DNA of 64,000 bases, taken from Eledone cirrhosa. Lineage: Eukaryota. The notes under the pieces are model-generated. The model was given only the letters and a program-made list of their open reading frames with translations, was not told the DNA's origin and did not search any database. Where the stretch lies: assembly GCA_964016885.1 (NCBI GenBank), contig OZ024743.1:368218001-368282000 (forward strand). The letters run 5' to 3'. A program made the translations under genes and the position numbers. Every line of letters starts with the position of its first letter. The stretch's first letter is position 1. Of the stretch, positions 13,240-24,775 are shown piece by piece.

Positions 13240-13480
13240 TAGGCTGGATGTCTAATAATTTCCCATCAAAATTCCTGCAACGTTTCCCTTGTTTGATGAG
13301 AGGAATGGGCAGAGGCATTGCTGCCTCTGTCATGATGTTTTCCAGGGTGCTTTTCTGCTAGGTTTCTGGCTAATTTGTTTAAACCTTTTTCATAATAATC
13401 AGATGTTACTGTTTTCCTTCTCTCTAAGATGTCAACTAACAAATTATCTTCAGCATCCTTAAAAGATTTAAGATTAATAT
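13240..13480 (-). pseudogene. Mariner (Hsmar2-like) transposase relic
   Basis: Minus-strand reading resembles DAE..LLVD.LE...TVTSDYYE..L.KLA..LAEK.PGK..NA.AHSSHQTR..L.EF*WEIIRHP. Confidence 0.65.
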
Positions 13481-13704
13481 CCTTAACCTGTCTCCATCAC
13501 TTTCACTCTCTCATCAGAGTACTTTGCTGCAAATAGGTGAAGCTGTGTGGAACTAAACTGTTGTTAGTTGTTATAATACCCACGCGGATGATTTGTTTTA
13601 AGTGGTGAAGGCTTTTGTAGGGCCAGCCAGACTTTCTGGAACTGTTTATAACACAGAATCTGTGCAAATGTTTGCCACAGATACAGTGAACTCCTGTTTT
13701 ATTT

Positions 13705-15558
13705 ATCACAGAAAGAGTCATAGCACAGTTGATTAGGGACTGGGTAAAACTAGATGAGATGCAATTTGGGTTTGTGCGAGGAAAAGGCACCACTGATGCT
13801 CTCTTTCTTGTGAGGCAGTTACAGGAAAAGTACCCAGCTAAAAGTATGCCGCTCTACCTGGCATTTATCGATCTGGAAAAAGCCTTCAACAGAGTGTCCC
13901 ATGCTATAATCTGGTGAGCTCTTAGAAAACTAGGAGTAGATGAATGGCTAGTGAAAGCTGTACAAGCGATGTATAGGGGAGCAGTCAGCAAAGTTAAGGT
14001 TAATAATGACTATAGCAAGGAATTTTGCATACAGGTCGGTGCCCACCAGGGCTCTGTTCTTAGCCCTCTTCTGTTTATTATAGTTTGCAGTCTATAACAG
14101 AGGAGTTTAAGACCGGATGCCTGTATGCAGTTGATCTTACACTTATAGCTGAATCTATGGGGGTACTAAAGAAGAAATTCCAAACATGGAAGCGGGGACT
14201 AGAAAGAAAGGGCCTCAAAGTGAACCTGACAAACACTAAGGTCCTAGTAAGTAGACGAGAAAACGGAACCCAGATCCCCTCAGGGAAATGGCCTTGCTCA
14301 GTATGTAGGAAAAGTGTAGATAGAAATTCCATCCTCTACCCCAAATGCAAACAATGGGTACACAAGAGATGTAGTGGGATCTCAGGAAGCTTAGCTAAGA
14401 ATGCAGGCTTTACATGTAGCAGCTAGGCTGGGACAGTAAGCAGCAAACGGCCACAGGAAACAAGCACCACCGAACTGTGGGAGGGCTCTGTAGAAACACT
14501 AGACAACTTTTGCTATCTAGGTGACCGAATTAGAAGCAGAGGTGTGGGTGTTCTGAAAATACAGTAACCAGGGTGAGAACGGGACGGAAGAAGTTCAGGG
14601 AGCTACTGCCACTGCTAGCTCCAAAAGGTTTTTCCCTCAAGATGAAAGGCAGACTGTATGAAGCATGCACAGTAGTGAGACTTGGACGCTATGTGCAGAC
14701 GACTTATGTAGATTGGAAAGAAATGAAGCTTGAATGGTCTGATTGATGTGTAATAGTAATATTCGTGAAGGGCAAAGCTGCAAAAGGTTTTTTCCTCAAA
14801 ATGAAAGGCAGACTGTATGATGCGTGCATACAAATAGCAATATTACATGGTAGAGAGACCTGGGCGCTGTCTGTAGAAGACTTGCGTAGATTAGAAAGAA
14901 ATGAAGCTTGCATGCTCCGATGGATGTGTAATAATAATATATGCGAACGGCAAAGCATAGACGAATTGAGAGAGAGACTGAGCATAAGAGGAATCAAATG
15001 TTGTGTGCAGGAGAGGAGGTTGTGTTGGTATGGACATGTGATGCGTTTGAAGGATGACAGCTGCATAAAAAGGTGCAGAGCACTAGAAGTCGATGGAAGC
15101 CCCAGAGTGGGGAGACCTAAGAATACCTGGGATGAGGCGATAAAAGCCGACCTTAACCAATTGTACTTCTCAAAGGCGATGATACATGACCGTGACCTCT
15201 GGAGTCGCGCAGTAATACAGAACCCCCCCCCCCCCCCACGGGTACAAGCCGAAGCTGAAGCATATATACAATACGCCCCCACACCCTCCCACTGCAAAGT
15301 CGTCGTGGAGGTGCCACGGCAAAAAAGCACCCAGCCCACACTGTAAAGTAGACAGGTAGACGCCACGGAAAAAAGCACCCAGCACGCATTGTAAATGAGG
15401 TTGGTGTTAGGAAGGGCATCCAGCTGTAGAAATCAAGCCAGAATCAGTTCCTGTATGAGCAAGACAGTCACCCGACCAGGCACTGCCCACAGCAGGACAA
15501 CCCATTTAACCCATGCTAGCATGGAGGAAAGGATGTAAAACTGTGATGATGATGATGA
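13705..15558 (+). mobile_element. RTE family A-like, older degraded 5'-truncated copy with internal duplication
   Basis: RT fragments; about 14610-14765 repeated in diverged form at about 14775-14940; 3' UTR module and (GAT)n tail. Confidence 0.9.
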
Positions 15559-15697
15559 TATATGTGTATGTATATATGTGTATATATATGTGTTTATATA
15601 TATATGTGTATATATATATATATATGTATATATATATTTATATATATGTGTATATGTATATATGTGTGTGTGTGTATATGTGTGTGTATATATGTGT

Positions 15698-15967
15698 GTC
15701 ATCATCATCACCGTTTTACGTCCGTTCTTCCACGCTAGCATGGGTTAGACGGGTTGTCCTGTTGTGGGCAGTGTCTGGTCGGCTGACCATGCCTTGCTCA
15801 TACAGGAACTGATCTGGCTTGATTTCTACAGCTGGATGCCCTTCCTAACACCAACCTCATTTACAGTGAGTGCTGGGTGCTTTTTCGTGGCGCCTACACG
15901 TCCACTTTACAGTGTGGGCTGGGTGCTTTTTTGCCGTGGCACCTCCACGACCACCTTGCGGTGGTCG
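15698..15967 (-). mobile_element. RTE family A, 3' UTR-only insertion
   Basis: Essentially identical to 26993-27256; tail-to-tail with the 13705-15558 copy. Confidence 0.9.
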
Positions 15968-16157
15968 TGGTGTGTATATATATATATGTATATATATGCA
16001 TATATATATATATGTATATATATGTGTATATGTATATATATGTGTATATTATATGTGTATATATATATATGTGTATATATATATGTGTATATATATATAT
16101 ATATGTGTATATATATATATGTGTATATATATATATGTGTATATATATATATATGTG

Positions 16158-16188
<31 letters not shown>

Positions 16189-16538
16189 GTATATGTATAT
16201 ATATGTGTGTATATATGTATATGTATATATATGTGTGTATATATATATATGTATATATATGCATATATATATATATATGTATATATATGCATATATATAT
16301 ATATATGTATATATATGCATATATATATATATATGTATATATATTATATGTGTATATATATATATGTATATATGTGTATATATATATATGTATATATATG
16401 TATATGTATATATATGTGTGTATATATGTATATATATGTGTGTATATATATATATATATGTGTGTATATATATATATATATATGTGTATATATATATGTG
16501 TGTGTATATATATATATATATATGTGTATATATATATA

Positions 16539-16615
<77 letters not shown>

Positions 16616-16630
16616 ATATATATGTGTATA

Positions 16631-16660
<30 letters not shown>
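15968..16660. repeat. Compound (TA)n/(TG) microsatellite
   Basis: Directly visible; source of the spurious IY/YI ORFs. Confidence 0.95.
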
Positions 16661-16661
<1 letters not shown>

Positions 16662-19600
16662 CATCATCATCATCATCATCATCAACGTTTAACGTCCGTG
16701 TTCCACGCTTGCATGGGTTTGGACGGGGGTAGTCCCACTTGAGGCAAGAGTGATTGTCTTGCTCGCATAGGACTGTCTGGCAGGTTTTCCACAGTTGGAT
16801 GCCCTTCCTAACACCAACCACATTTACAGTGTGGGTCTGGGAGGTTTTTACCGTGTTGCCTACACGGCCACATTACAGCGTGGACTGTGTGTTTTTTGTC
16901 GTGACACCTACACGATCTCATTTGTTTCGGCCCGGATGGCGCGGCACCAACATAACTTTACATAGGACGGGGTGGTGTGGATGGGGTGGGGGTGGTGGTG
17001 GTGGGACGGGGTGTATTTTGTTAGAGATGCCTACTGGCAAGGCGGGTCTTCTCTGTTACTGAGTACCGCCAAAGGTCTCGGTCCAGTGACATTGTCTTGG
17101 AGAGGTGTAAGTGTGTGAGGTCGGAGTTTATCAGCTCGTCCCAGGTTTTTCTAGGTCTGCCTATTCCGTGGCTACCGTCTATCTTTATTGCCCTGCACTT
17201 TGTTATACAGCTATCGACTTTCATGCGCATCACGTGTCCATACCAACGTAGCCTTCTCTCGAGTAAACAACATCTGATCCCTCTTATCTCTAATTTTTTC
17301 CTTAGTTCGTTTATGCTTTGCCGTTCACGTATATTACTGTTACACATCCAGCGGAGCATGCAAGCTTCGTTCCTCTCTAGTCTGCGTATATCCTCTGCAC
17401 ACAATGCCCAGGTCTCACTGCCATGCAACATTGCTGTTCGTATGCAGGCATCGTACAACCTGCCTTTCATTTTTAGGGAGAACCCTTTAGCAGCTAATAG
17501 TGGTATAAGCTCTCTGAACTTTTTCCAACCAGTTCTGACTCTAGCTACAGTACTTTCAGAGCACCCTCCCCCACTGCTGATTTTATCGCCCAGGTAACGG
17601 AAGCTGTCCACTATTTCTATAGAACCCTCTGCGCAATTGAAAGAGCTAGTATTGTGTGGGCACTTGCTGCTACTTATTGCACCAGAACACCGGCCACATG
17701 TAAAATCTATGTTCTTAGTTAGCTTACCTGTGATCCCACTACATCTTTTATGCACCCATACTTTGCATTTAGGACACAAAATGGAGTTTCTACCTACGCC
17801 TTTCCTACACACCGAGCACGACCATTTCCCAGAAGGGACCGCCGCCTTGTTTTCTTTCCTACAAACTAGAACTTTGGTCTTAGCCAGGTTAATTTTAAGT
17901 CCTTTTGACTCTAGGCCGTGCTTCCATGTTTGGAATTTCTTCTCTAGCTCGGCCATTGATTCCGCTATGAGTGTCAGGTCGTCTGCGTATAGGAGTTCCC
18001 ATGGGCAGCCTGTCTTGAACTCCTCTGTTATAGCCTGAAGGGCAATAATAAATAGTAGGGGGCTGAGAACAGAGCCCTGATGGACGCCAACTTTTACGCT
18101 AAACTCTTCACTATATTCGTTGTTAATTCTAACCTTGCTGACTGTTTCTTTATACATGGCTTGTATAGCCCTCACAAGCCATTCGTCAACGCCTAGTTTT
18201 CTAAGAGCCCACCAGATAATGGAGCGGGGGACTCTGTCGAAGGCTTTCTCCAAGTCGACAAAAGCTAAGTAGAGGGGTTTACCTTTAGCTAGGTACTTCT
18301 CCTGTAGTTGTCGTACTATGAAAAGAGCGTCTGTGGTACTTTTGCCTGACACAAACCCGAACTGCATTTCATCTAGGTCAATTCTCTCTCTGATTAGTTG
18401 CGCTATTACTTTTTCTGTGACCTTCATGACCTGGTCGATTAATTTAATGCCTCTATAGTTACTCCTATCTAGGGCGTCTCCTTTACCCTTATAACAGTTA
18501 ACGATGATGCTGCTATGCCAGTCCTTCGGAACAGCCCCATTCTGTACGACTTGGTTAACTATGCGGGTGACCATGGTGTGTCCCACCGTGCCAGATGCCT
18601 TCAGCATCTCAGCAACTATTTCCGAAGGCCCAGCCGCCTTACCTGTCTTCATATCCTTGATTGCCTTACTTATTATACTCCCCTCGACTAACACTGCTGG
18701 TCCCTCTATTGGGTCGACATGGGGGAGACTGTCTTTCTCCCATTTATTCTCCTCATTTAGTAGCCTTTCATAGTGACACTTCCAAGCTGCCTTCTTATCA
18801 GTGTCGGTGATGGCAAGTATGCCATCATCGTTAAGTACACACTTCTCCCCGACAATATCACGGTTTTCCTTGACGCATTGCCTAGCAATCCTGAACACCT
18901 CACGTTTTTGGTCATCGCGTTGTAGGACATGCTTGAACTTTCTTTCCTCAGCTTCCCTTCTTGCTAAGTACACTTCTCTCCTAGCTTCCCTCCTGGCCAC
19001 TTGATAGTCTACTCTACTTCCCCCATCCCGCCATACTTTCCAAGCCTGCTTTTTGGCCTTAATTGACTCCTCCACCTTACTGTTCCACCACCATGTTACT
19101 CTCCTCCTGCCTACAGGCCTGCTCCAGCCACAGACTTCGTCTGTGGCCAACAGCAGGTTTGCTTTCAGAAATTCCCACTGTCCCTCTATATTGTCCGACT
19201 CTAAGTGTTCTTCCTTACTGTCGAAAGCATCAAGTAATATGTTTTGAAATTTATTTTTGGCTGTGGGGTCCTTTAGCTTCCATATTTTTCTCCTGAGGAT
19301 AGTCCTCTTCTGCTGTCGAGTACGTCTCGACCTGACTATGAGGTCGCTAATTATCAGTCTATGTTGGGAGGTGCATTCTTCATGGGGGAGGGATTTAGTG
19401 TTTACAACAGACACTCTGTCACGTCTTCTGGTAAGGATATAATCTACCTGGCTTGTGTGTTCCCCGGATCTATAGGTGATCAGGTGATTGTCACGTTTTT
19501 TGAAGTTAGTGTTACAGATAGTTAGGTTATTTGCATCACAGAATTCCAGGATTCTGGAGCCTTCCTCATTTCTAGTACCAAACCCATAGCCTCCATGGAT

Positions 19601-20008
19601 TTCGTCGTAGCCGTCACAATGTTGCCCAACGTGACCATTTAGGTCGCCTGCAATAATTATATAGTCACTGTCAGACATTTGGGAGGTAGTGAGCATCAGT
19701 GTCTCATAGAATCTGTCTTTTATAGTGCCGGGCAGTCCGGATTGGGGTGCATACGCAGATATTACTGTCACCGTAGTTCTATTGAGGACAAGTCGTATTT
19801 TAATTATTCTGTCGTTCACTCTATTTACGTCTATTATCTTATCCGCCCACTTTTCTGCTACCATGATTCCTACTCCACCCAGCCCATCGTCGTTTCCCAC
19901 CCAGAAAAGCTTATAACATCGTTTTTTACCCTCAATGAATCTAGCAGACCCACCCCTCCACCTGGTCTCTTGAATACAACAAACATCGACCTCCTTACGT
20001 TCAAGCAT
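16661..20008 (-). mobile_element. RTE-clade LINE, family B, young, slightly 5'-truncated
   Basis: Uninterrupted ORF, 3' UTR module and (GAT)n tail; 5' end abuts TA/TG repeat. Confidence 0.95.
17021..20008 (-). CDS. APE + RT + PHD-like finger polyprotein (995 aa; lacks the first APE motif)
   Basis: DVCCIQETRW, GDLNGHVG, QFGF, YADD, FRYLG; the N-terminal VGTMNVG motif seen in the copy near 50300 is absent. Confidence 0.9.
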   Translation of the reverse strand: MLERKEVDVCCIQETRWRGGSARFIEGKKRCYKLFWVGNDDGLGGVGIMVAEKWADKIIDVNRVNDRIIKIRLVLNRTTVTVISAYAPQSGLPGTIKDRFYETLMLTTSQMSDSDYIIIAGDLNGHVGQHCDGYDEIHGGYGFGTRNEEGSRILEFCDANNLTICNTNFKKRDNHLITYRSGEHTSQVDYILTRRRDRVSVVNTKSLPHEECTSQHRLIISDLIVRSRRTRQQKRTILRRKIWKLKDPTAKNKFQNILLDAFDSKEEHLESDNIEGQWEFLKANLLLATDEVCGWSRPVGRRRVTWWWNSKVEESIKAKKQAWKVWRDGGSRVDYQVARREARREVYLARREAEERKFKHVLQRDDQKREVFRIARQCVKENRDIVGEKCVLNDDGILAITDTDKKAAWKCHYERLLNEENKWEKDSLPHVDPIEGPAVLVEGSIISKAIKDMKTGKAAGPSEIVAEMLKASGTVGHTMVTRIVNQVVQNGAVPKDWHSSIIVNCYKGKGDALDRSNYRGIKLIDQVMKVTEKVIAQLIRERIDLDEMQFGFVSGKSTTDALFIVRQLQEKYLAKGKPLYLAFVDLEKAFDRVPRSIIWWALRKLGVDEWLVRAIQAMYKETVSKVRINNEYSEEFSVKVGVHQGSVLSPLLFIIALQAITEEFKTGCPWELLYADDLTLIAESMAELEKKFQTWKHGLESKGLKINLAKTKVLVCRKENKAAVPSGKWSCSVCRKGVGRNSILCPKCKVWVHKRCSGITGKLTKNIDFTCGRCSGAISSSKCPHNTSSFNCAEGSIEIVDSFRYLGDKISSGGGCSESTVARVRTGWKKFRELIPLLAAKGFSLKMKGRLYDACIRTAMLHGSETWALCAEDIRRLERNEACMLRWMCNSNIRERQSINELRKKLEIRGIRCCLLERRLRWYGHVMRMKVDSCITKCRAIKIDGSHGIGRPRKTWDELINSDLTHLHLSKTMSLDRDLWRYSVTEKTRLASRHL

Positions 20009-20039
20009 TATGTGTATATATATGTGTGTATATATATAT

Positions 20040-20077
<38 letters not shown>

Positions 20078-20109
20078 ATATATATGTATATATGTATATA
20101 TATATATTG

Positions 20110-23100
20110 TTATATTTGGGGAGGGTCATATTTGCGTAATATTGCCAGAATTAATAACAGAACACACTCACTGTTTGGTTGGTTTTCGCTTCTCGCTGTC
20201 TTTTATATCTGCGATCTAACTTACTCGGTCCTCAATGTTGCCATTGACTGACCGGCGGTCAAAAATAATACAGATACAATATAGACACAAACACATATAT
20301 ATAGTTTACATAAATCTTTCGTTGCACATCTGCAACATCGTCAGTGGTGTTATATTCATTGTTCCTCCTGTTGTGTTGTATGTCTACGCCATTTTTTTCT
20401 TCAGTCTGTCTATATATTTATTTATTTATTTGCTTGTTTGTTTATCTTATTTTATTTTGTCTTCTTTGCGCATGCGTTTGCGTGTGTGTATAGTGTTATG
20501 TGTGATGTGTGACTAGTGTGTATAGTGTTGTGTCTGCTGGGTGACTATGTGCTTGTTGTTATTGTGCTTGTGTATGTATTTATTTATCTTATTTTATTTT
20601 ATTTTATTTACTTATTTATACTTCTCTTAGGTCAGTGTTGTTTGTTTGGGTGTTGTTGTTGTTCCACTCATTCTTTCTGTTTAGCTTTGGTCTTCTAATT
20701 TCTATTTCACTGGCCTCTCTGATTTGCCTATCTGCTGGGTCATTCCTATATTTAGATATTATTCTAATTTCTATGTTGTCTATGTTACCGTCATGTTGTT
20801 GTCTAGCATGTTCGTATAGTACTGACCCGTTTTTTCGTCCTTTTAGTTCCCCCAGTGTTGGTCTATCCTTTCACCTATGCTACGAGCTGTTTCACCTATG
20901 TATGTTGTTGTCATGTTTCTGCAAGTACCCTCTGTACATCTTATGTTATAGACTACGTTTCTAGTTTTACAGTTTATCCGGGGGTTCACCTTACATATGA
21001 TACATTTACTATCGGTACAGTGGGTTTTCTTAAAAGGGTAGGTTTTGCTGTTCAGGGATTTTATGGTGGTTCCTGGCTTTTCTACCACCTTTATTTTTAA
21101 GTGGGTCTTTCTCAGGGCCTTTCTACACTGGTTAGCTAATTTCCCTCCAGGGGTGGCGTCCACAAACATGACACTCTGATATCTCTGGTTGTCGTACCAT
21201 GATGTGGCCTTCCCTATCTTATGTCTAGCCCTATCTAAGCTATTCCAAGATTTGCTCCTGTATAGTGGGCAAATTCCTTTCATGTCCAGTTCTATGAGGG
21301 TCTTATACTTTTCCATGGCTCCTTCGTATACTCTGACTCTGTCTCTTTGGTTGTAGCCAGAGAACTGCATGCGGTTGATGAAGTGTTGGATGTGTCCTTC
21401 CATTTCTGTAGGGTCGCACATGCTGGACACATTCTTCATCACTCGTACCAAATCTGCGATCAGAATATTAAACTTAGCACTACTGGACATTGCTGAGTTT
21501 TTGAGTATCAGGTATTTGGAGGCCATGGGTTTAGCATAGTGTGAGTGGAGAATTTGGGCTCTCTCGTCTATAGTGTTAATCCAGAGTTCTGTGTCTAATA
21601 CAGGTAGTCTATTGTTAGGGTGTTTGGAAGGGAAGTCGATAGTTACAGTTATACTCTGGTGTATGGAATTAGCTATCTGCTGGATGCTTTCCATCGTGCT
21701 ACGTTCTAAATCAAACTTGTTAGTGCTCTCTAGTGGGGGTGTTCTTATAACTATATTGATATCGTCTACATAACGAGAGTACATGATGAGGTCTATGGAG
21801 CTTTCATTAAGGAGATCTTTAAGTCTCCTTTCCCACCATACCATGAAAAGGTTGGCAACATCACCAGCTATGCTGACGCCGATGGCTGCTCCCTCATTTT
21901 GGGTGTAGATTTTCTCATTGAACTTAAATATGTGGCCCTTTAGGGTAGTTTTGATACTAGCCCCTATTGCATGTGCGACCATTTTTCTTACCTGATCAGT
22001 GTTTTTGGGGATCCGTATAGCTTTGGTCCACCCAATCCACCTTCCTATGGGAGTCTTTTTAGCCATTGAGGTTATGGTGGGGGGTCTACCTCATATAGGT
22101 CTACTAGGGCAGAAACATCTAAGGTCATGGCTGTCTAGGTAGTCAGTGTCGTAGGTAAGTCTAAGTAGGAGGCCCAGTTCGTCTGTGTCGACGTCGCAGA
22201 ACTCCACCTCACTCTCAATGATCATCTCCACACATCTTTTCACAGCAAAATCAATGTTAATGGATGGGTACAGTGACACCACATCCATGCTGCCTATTAT
22301 GCAGTTGGATAGGCTCCTGTTTTTGTTGCACTCACTGATTCTGCTGAGGAGGTCCTCTGTACTTTCACATACATCTGGGGACATCTTGATTATGGGGCGT
22401 ATAACCATTGAGAGGAAGTAGGAGATCCTGTAGTTGCTAGCTATATTAGCTCCGCATACGGGTCTTGTTGGTGGTCCTGTTGTCGGGTCGTCGACTGTCT
22501 TGTGGTCTTTGCGGAGCCCATACAAGGGTGGTATGCCATTGTTAGACGCCTGGAAGTTGTTGGCAGTGCGTCTGCTTGGCTTTAGGATGTCAGTCCATAT
22601 CATCATGTGAGCGTTGAGGATTTTTTCTCTCCCATCGTGTGTTAGTTGTGCAACTTCGCTCGTGTTGGTGATGTGGGGTTGCATTGCCTCGATGTAGTTC
22701 GGCATGCTATCTATTGACATCCTACCAGACTTATCTGTGGGTAGACACACTACCTCACCATCCCTTGTGCGCTGCTTGAGGCTAACCAAGCCTTCTACAG
22801 GTTTCCTCCCAAGTTGTTGGGCCTCTGGTCTGCTCTGTCTCATAGTATACCTGTCTACTACTTGTCTAATCTTATTTCTAGCTATGGTGAACTGTGCCTC
22901 CGTCTCGTCATCTATTTGCTGTGGTATGCAAACTCTTTTATTAAAGGGTAACCTCGTAGGATAGATATTACCCATCTTATATGTTTTGTCAGCTGGGTTG
23001 AAAAATAGTTTCTCTAAGGGGTTGTCGTTATTTCTATTGTCATAGTTGTGTGTGTTGCTATTATTGTTATCATGGTGGTTGTTGTTGTTTCTATCATTAG

Positions 23101-23205
23101 CATTATTATTACTGTTATGATTGCTAGATGTATTGTTGTTTACTTCACCGTCAAATATAACAATATCTGTTTCGACACACAATTTCATATAAAAAACCTC
23201 GCTAA
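20110..23205 (-). mobile_element. Penelope-like retroelement (Neptune/Nematis-like), 5'-truncated
   Basis: PLE RT (TDKSG, PTRPVCG, SMDVVSLYPSI, GAAIG, RYVDDI) plus GIY-YIG (VVYNIRC..YIGETAR); TA/TG tracts on both sides; clade assignment from memory. Confidence 0.88.
20616..23188 (-). pseudogene. PLE RT + GIY-YIG ORF with one in-frame TGA and one 1-nt frameshift
   Basis: ORFs 22091..23188 and 20843..22066 share a frame (RPI*GRPPTITSMAKK); after a G5 run near 20850 another frame continues ELKGRK..EHARQQH..RQIREA..LNRKNEW. Confidence 0.8.
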
Positions 23206-23207
23206 AC

Positions 23208-23242
<35 letters not shown>

Positions 23243-23257
23243 GTATATATATATATG

Positions 23258-23291
<34 letters not shown>

Positions 23292-23317
23292 TGTGTATAT
23301 ATATATATGTGTATATA

Positions 23318-23368
<51 letters not shown>

Positions 23369-23371
23369 GTG

Positions 23372-23407
<36 letters not shown>

Positions 23408-23850
23408 TGTGTATATATATATATGTGTATATATATATATATGTGTATATATATATATGTGTATATATATATATGTGTATATATATATATGTGTATATAT
23501 ATGTATATATGTGTATATATATGTATGTGTGTGTATATATGTGTATATGTGTGTATATATGTGTATATATGTGTATATATGTGTATATATATGTGTGTAT
23601 ATATATGTGTGTATATATGTGTATATATATGTGTGTATATATATGTGTGTATATATGTGTGTATATATGTGTGTATATGTGTGTACATATGTGTGTATAT
23701 ATGTGTATATATGTGTATATATATGTGTATATATGTATATATATATATGTATATATATATATGTGTATATATATGTGTATATGTATATATGTGTATATGT
23801 ATATGTATATATATATATGTATATATGTGTATATGTATATGTATATATAT
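23208..23850. repeat. Compound (TA)n/(TG) microsatellite
   Basis: Directly visible. Confidence 0.95.
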
Positions 23851-24648
23851 ATCATCATCATCATCATCGTTTAACGTCCGTGTTCCATGCTTGCATGGGT
23901 TTGGACGGGGGTTTTCCCACTTGAGGCAAGAGTGATTGTCTTGCTCGCATAGGACTGTCTGGCGGGTTTTCTACAGTTGGATGCCCTTCCTAACACCAAC
24001 CACATTTACAGTGTAGGACTGGGAGGTTTTTACCGTGTTGCCTACACGGCCACATTACAGCGTGGACTGTCTGGCGGGTTTTCTACAGCTGGATGCCCTT
24101 CCTAACACCAACCACATTTACAGTGTGGGACTGGGAGGTTTTTACCGTGTTGCCTACACGGCCACATTACAGCGTGGACTGTCTGGCGGGTTTTCTACAG
24201 CTGGATGCCCTTCCTAACACCAACCACATTTACAGCGTGGGACTGGGAGGTTTTTACCGTGTTGCCTACACGGCCACATTACAGCGTGGACTGTGTGTTT
24301 TTTGTCGTGACCCCTACACAATCTCATTTGTTTCGGCCTGGATGTTGTGGCACCAACATAATTTTACATTGAAAGGGGCGGTGTGGATGGGGTCGGGGTG
24401 GTGAGACGGGGGTGTATTTTATTAGAGATGCCTACTGACTGTAGTAGGTTTTACTTTGTATTTAGGTAAGGCGGGTCTTCTCTATTACTGAGTACCGCCA
24501 AAGGTCTCGGTCCAGTGACATTGTCTTGGAGAGGTGTAAGTGTGTGAGGTCGGAATTTATCAGCTCGTCCCAGGTTTTTCTGGGTCTGCCTACACCGTGG
24601 CTACCATCTATCTTTATTGCCCTGCACTTTGTTATACAGCTGTCATCT
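23851..24648 (-). mobile_element. RTE family B 3' fragment with a triplicated 112-bp 3' UTR unit
   Basis: Units start at 23952, 24064 and 24176; ORF-end homology at about 24470-24648; (GAT)n tail. Confidence 0.9.
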
Positions 24649-24728
24649 TATATGTGTATATATGTGTATATGTGTATATATATATGTGTCTATGTATATA
24701 TATATGTGTATATATATATGTATATATA

Positions 24729-24772
<44 letters not shown>

Positions 24773-24775
<3 letters not shown>

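Noticed and set aside
15764-16821. Long ORFs rich in I/Y/C/V/M (also 23048-23935, 44804-45221 and others)
   Set aside because: Translations of stop-free TA/TG microsatellite
22091-22093. In-frame TGA as a possible selenocysteine codon
   Set aside because: Context fits an Arg position (CGA to TGA decay) rather than Cys, and no SECIS was recognised
23952-24287. CRISPR-like repeat array
   Set aside because: Contiguous tandem units without unique spacers, in a eukaryotic LINE UTR
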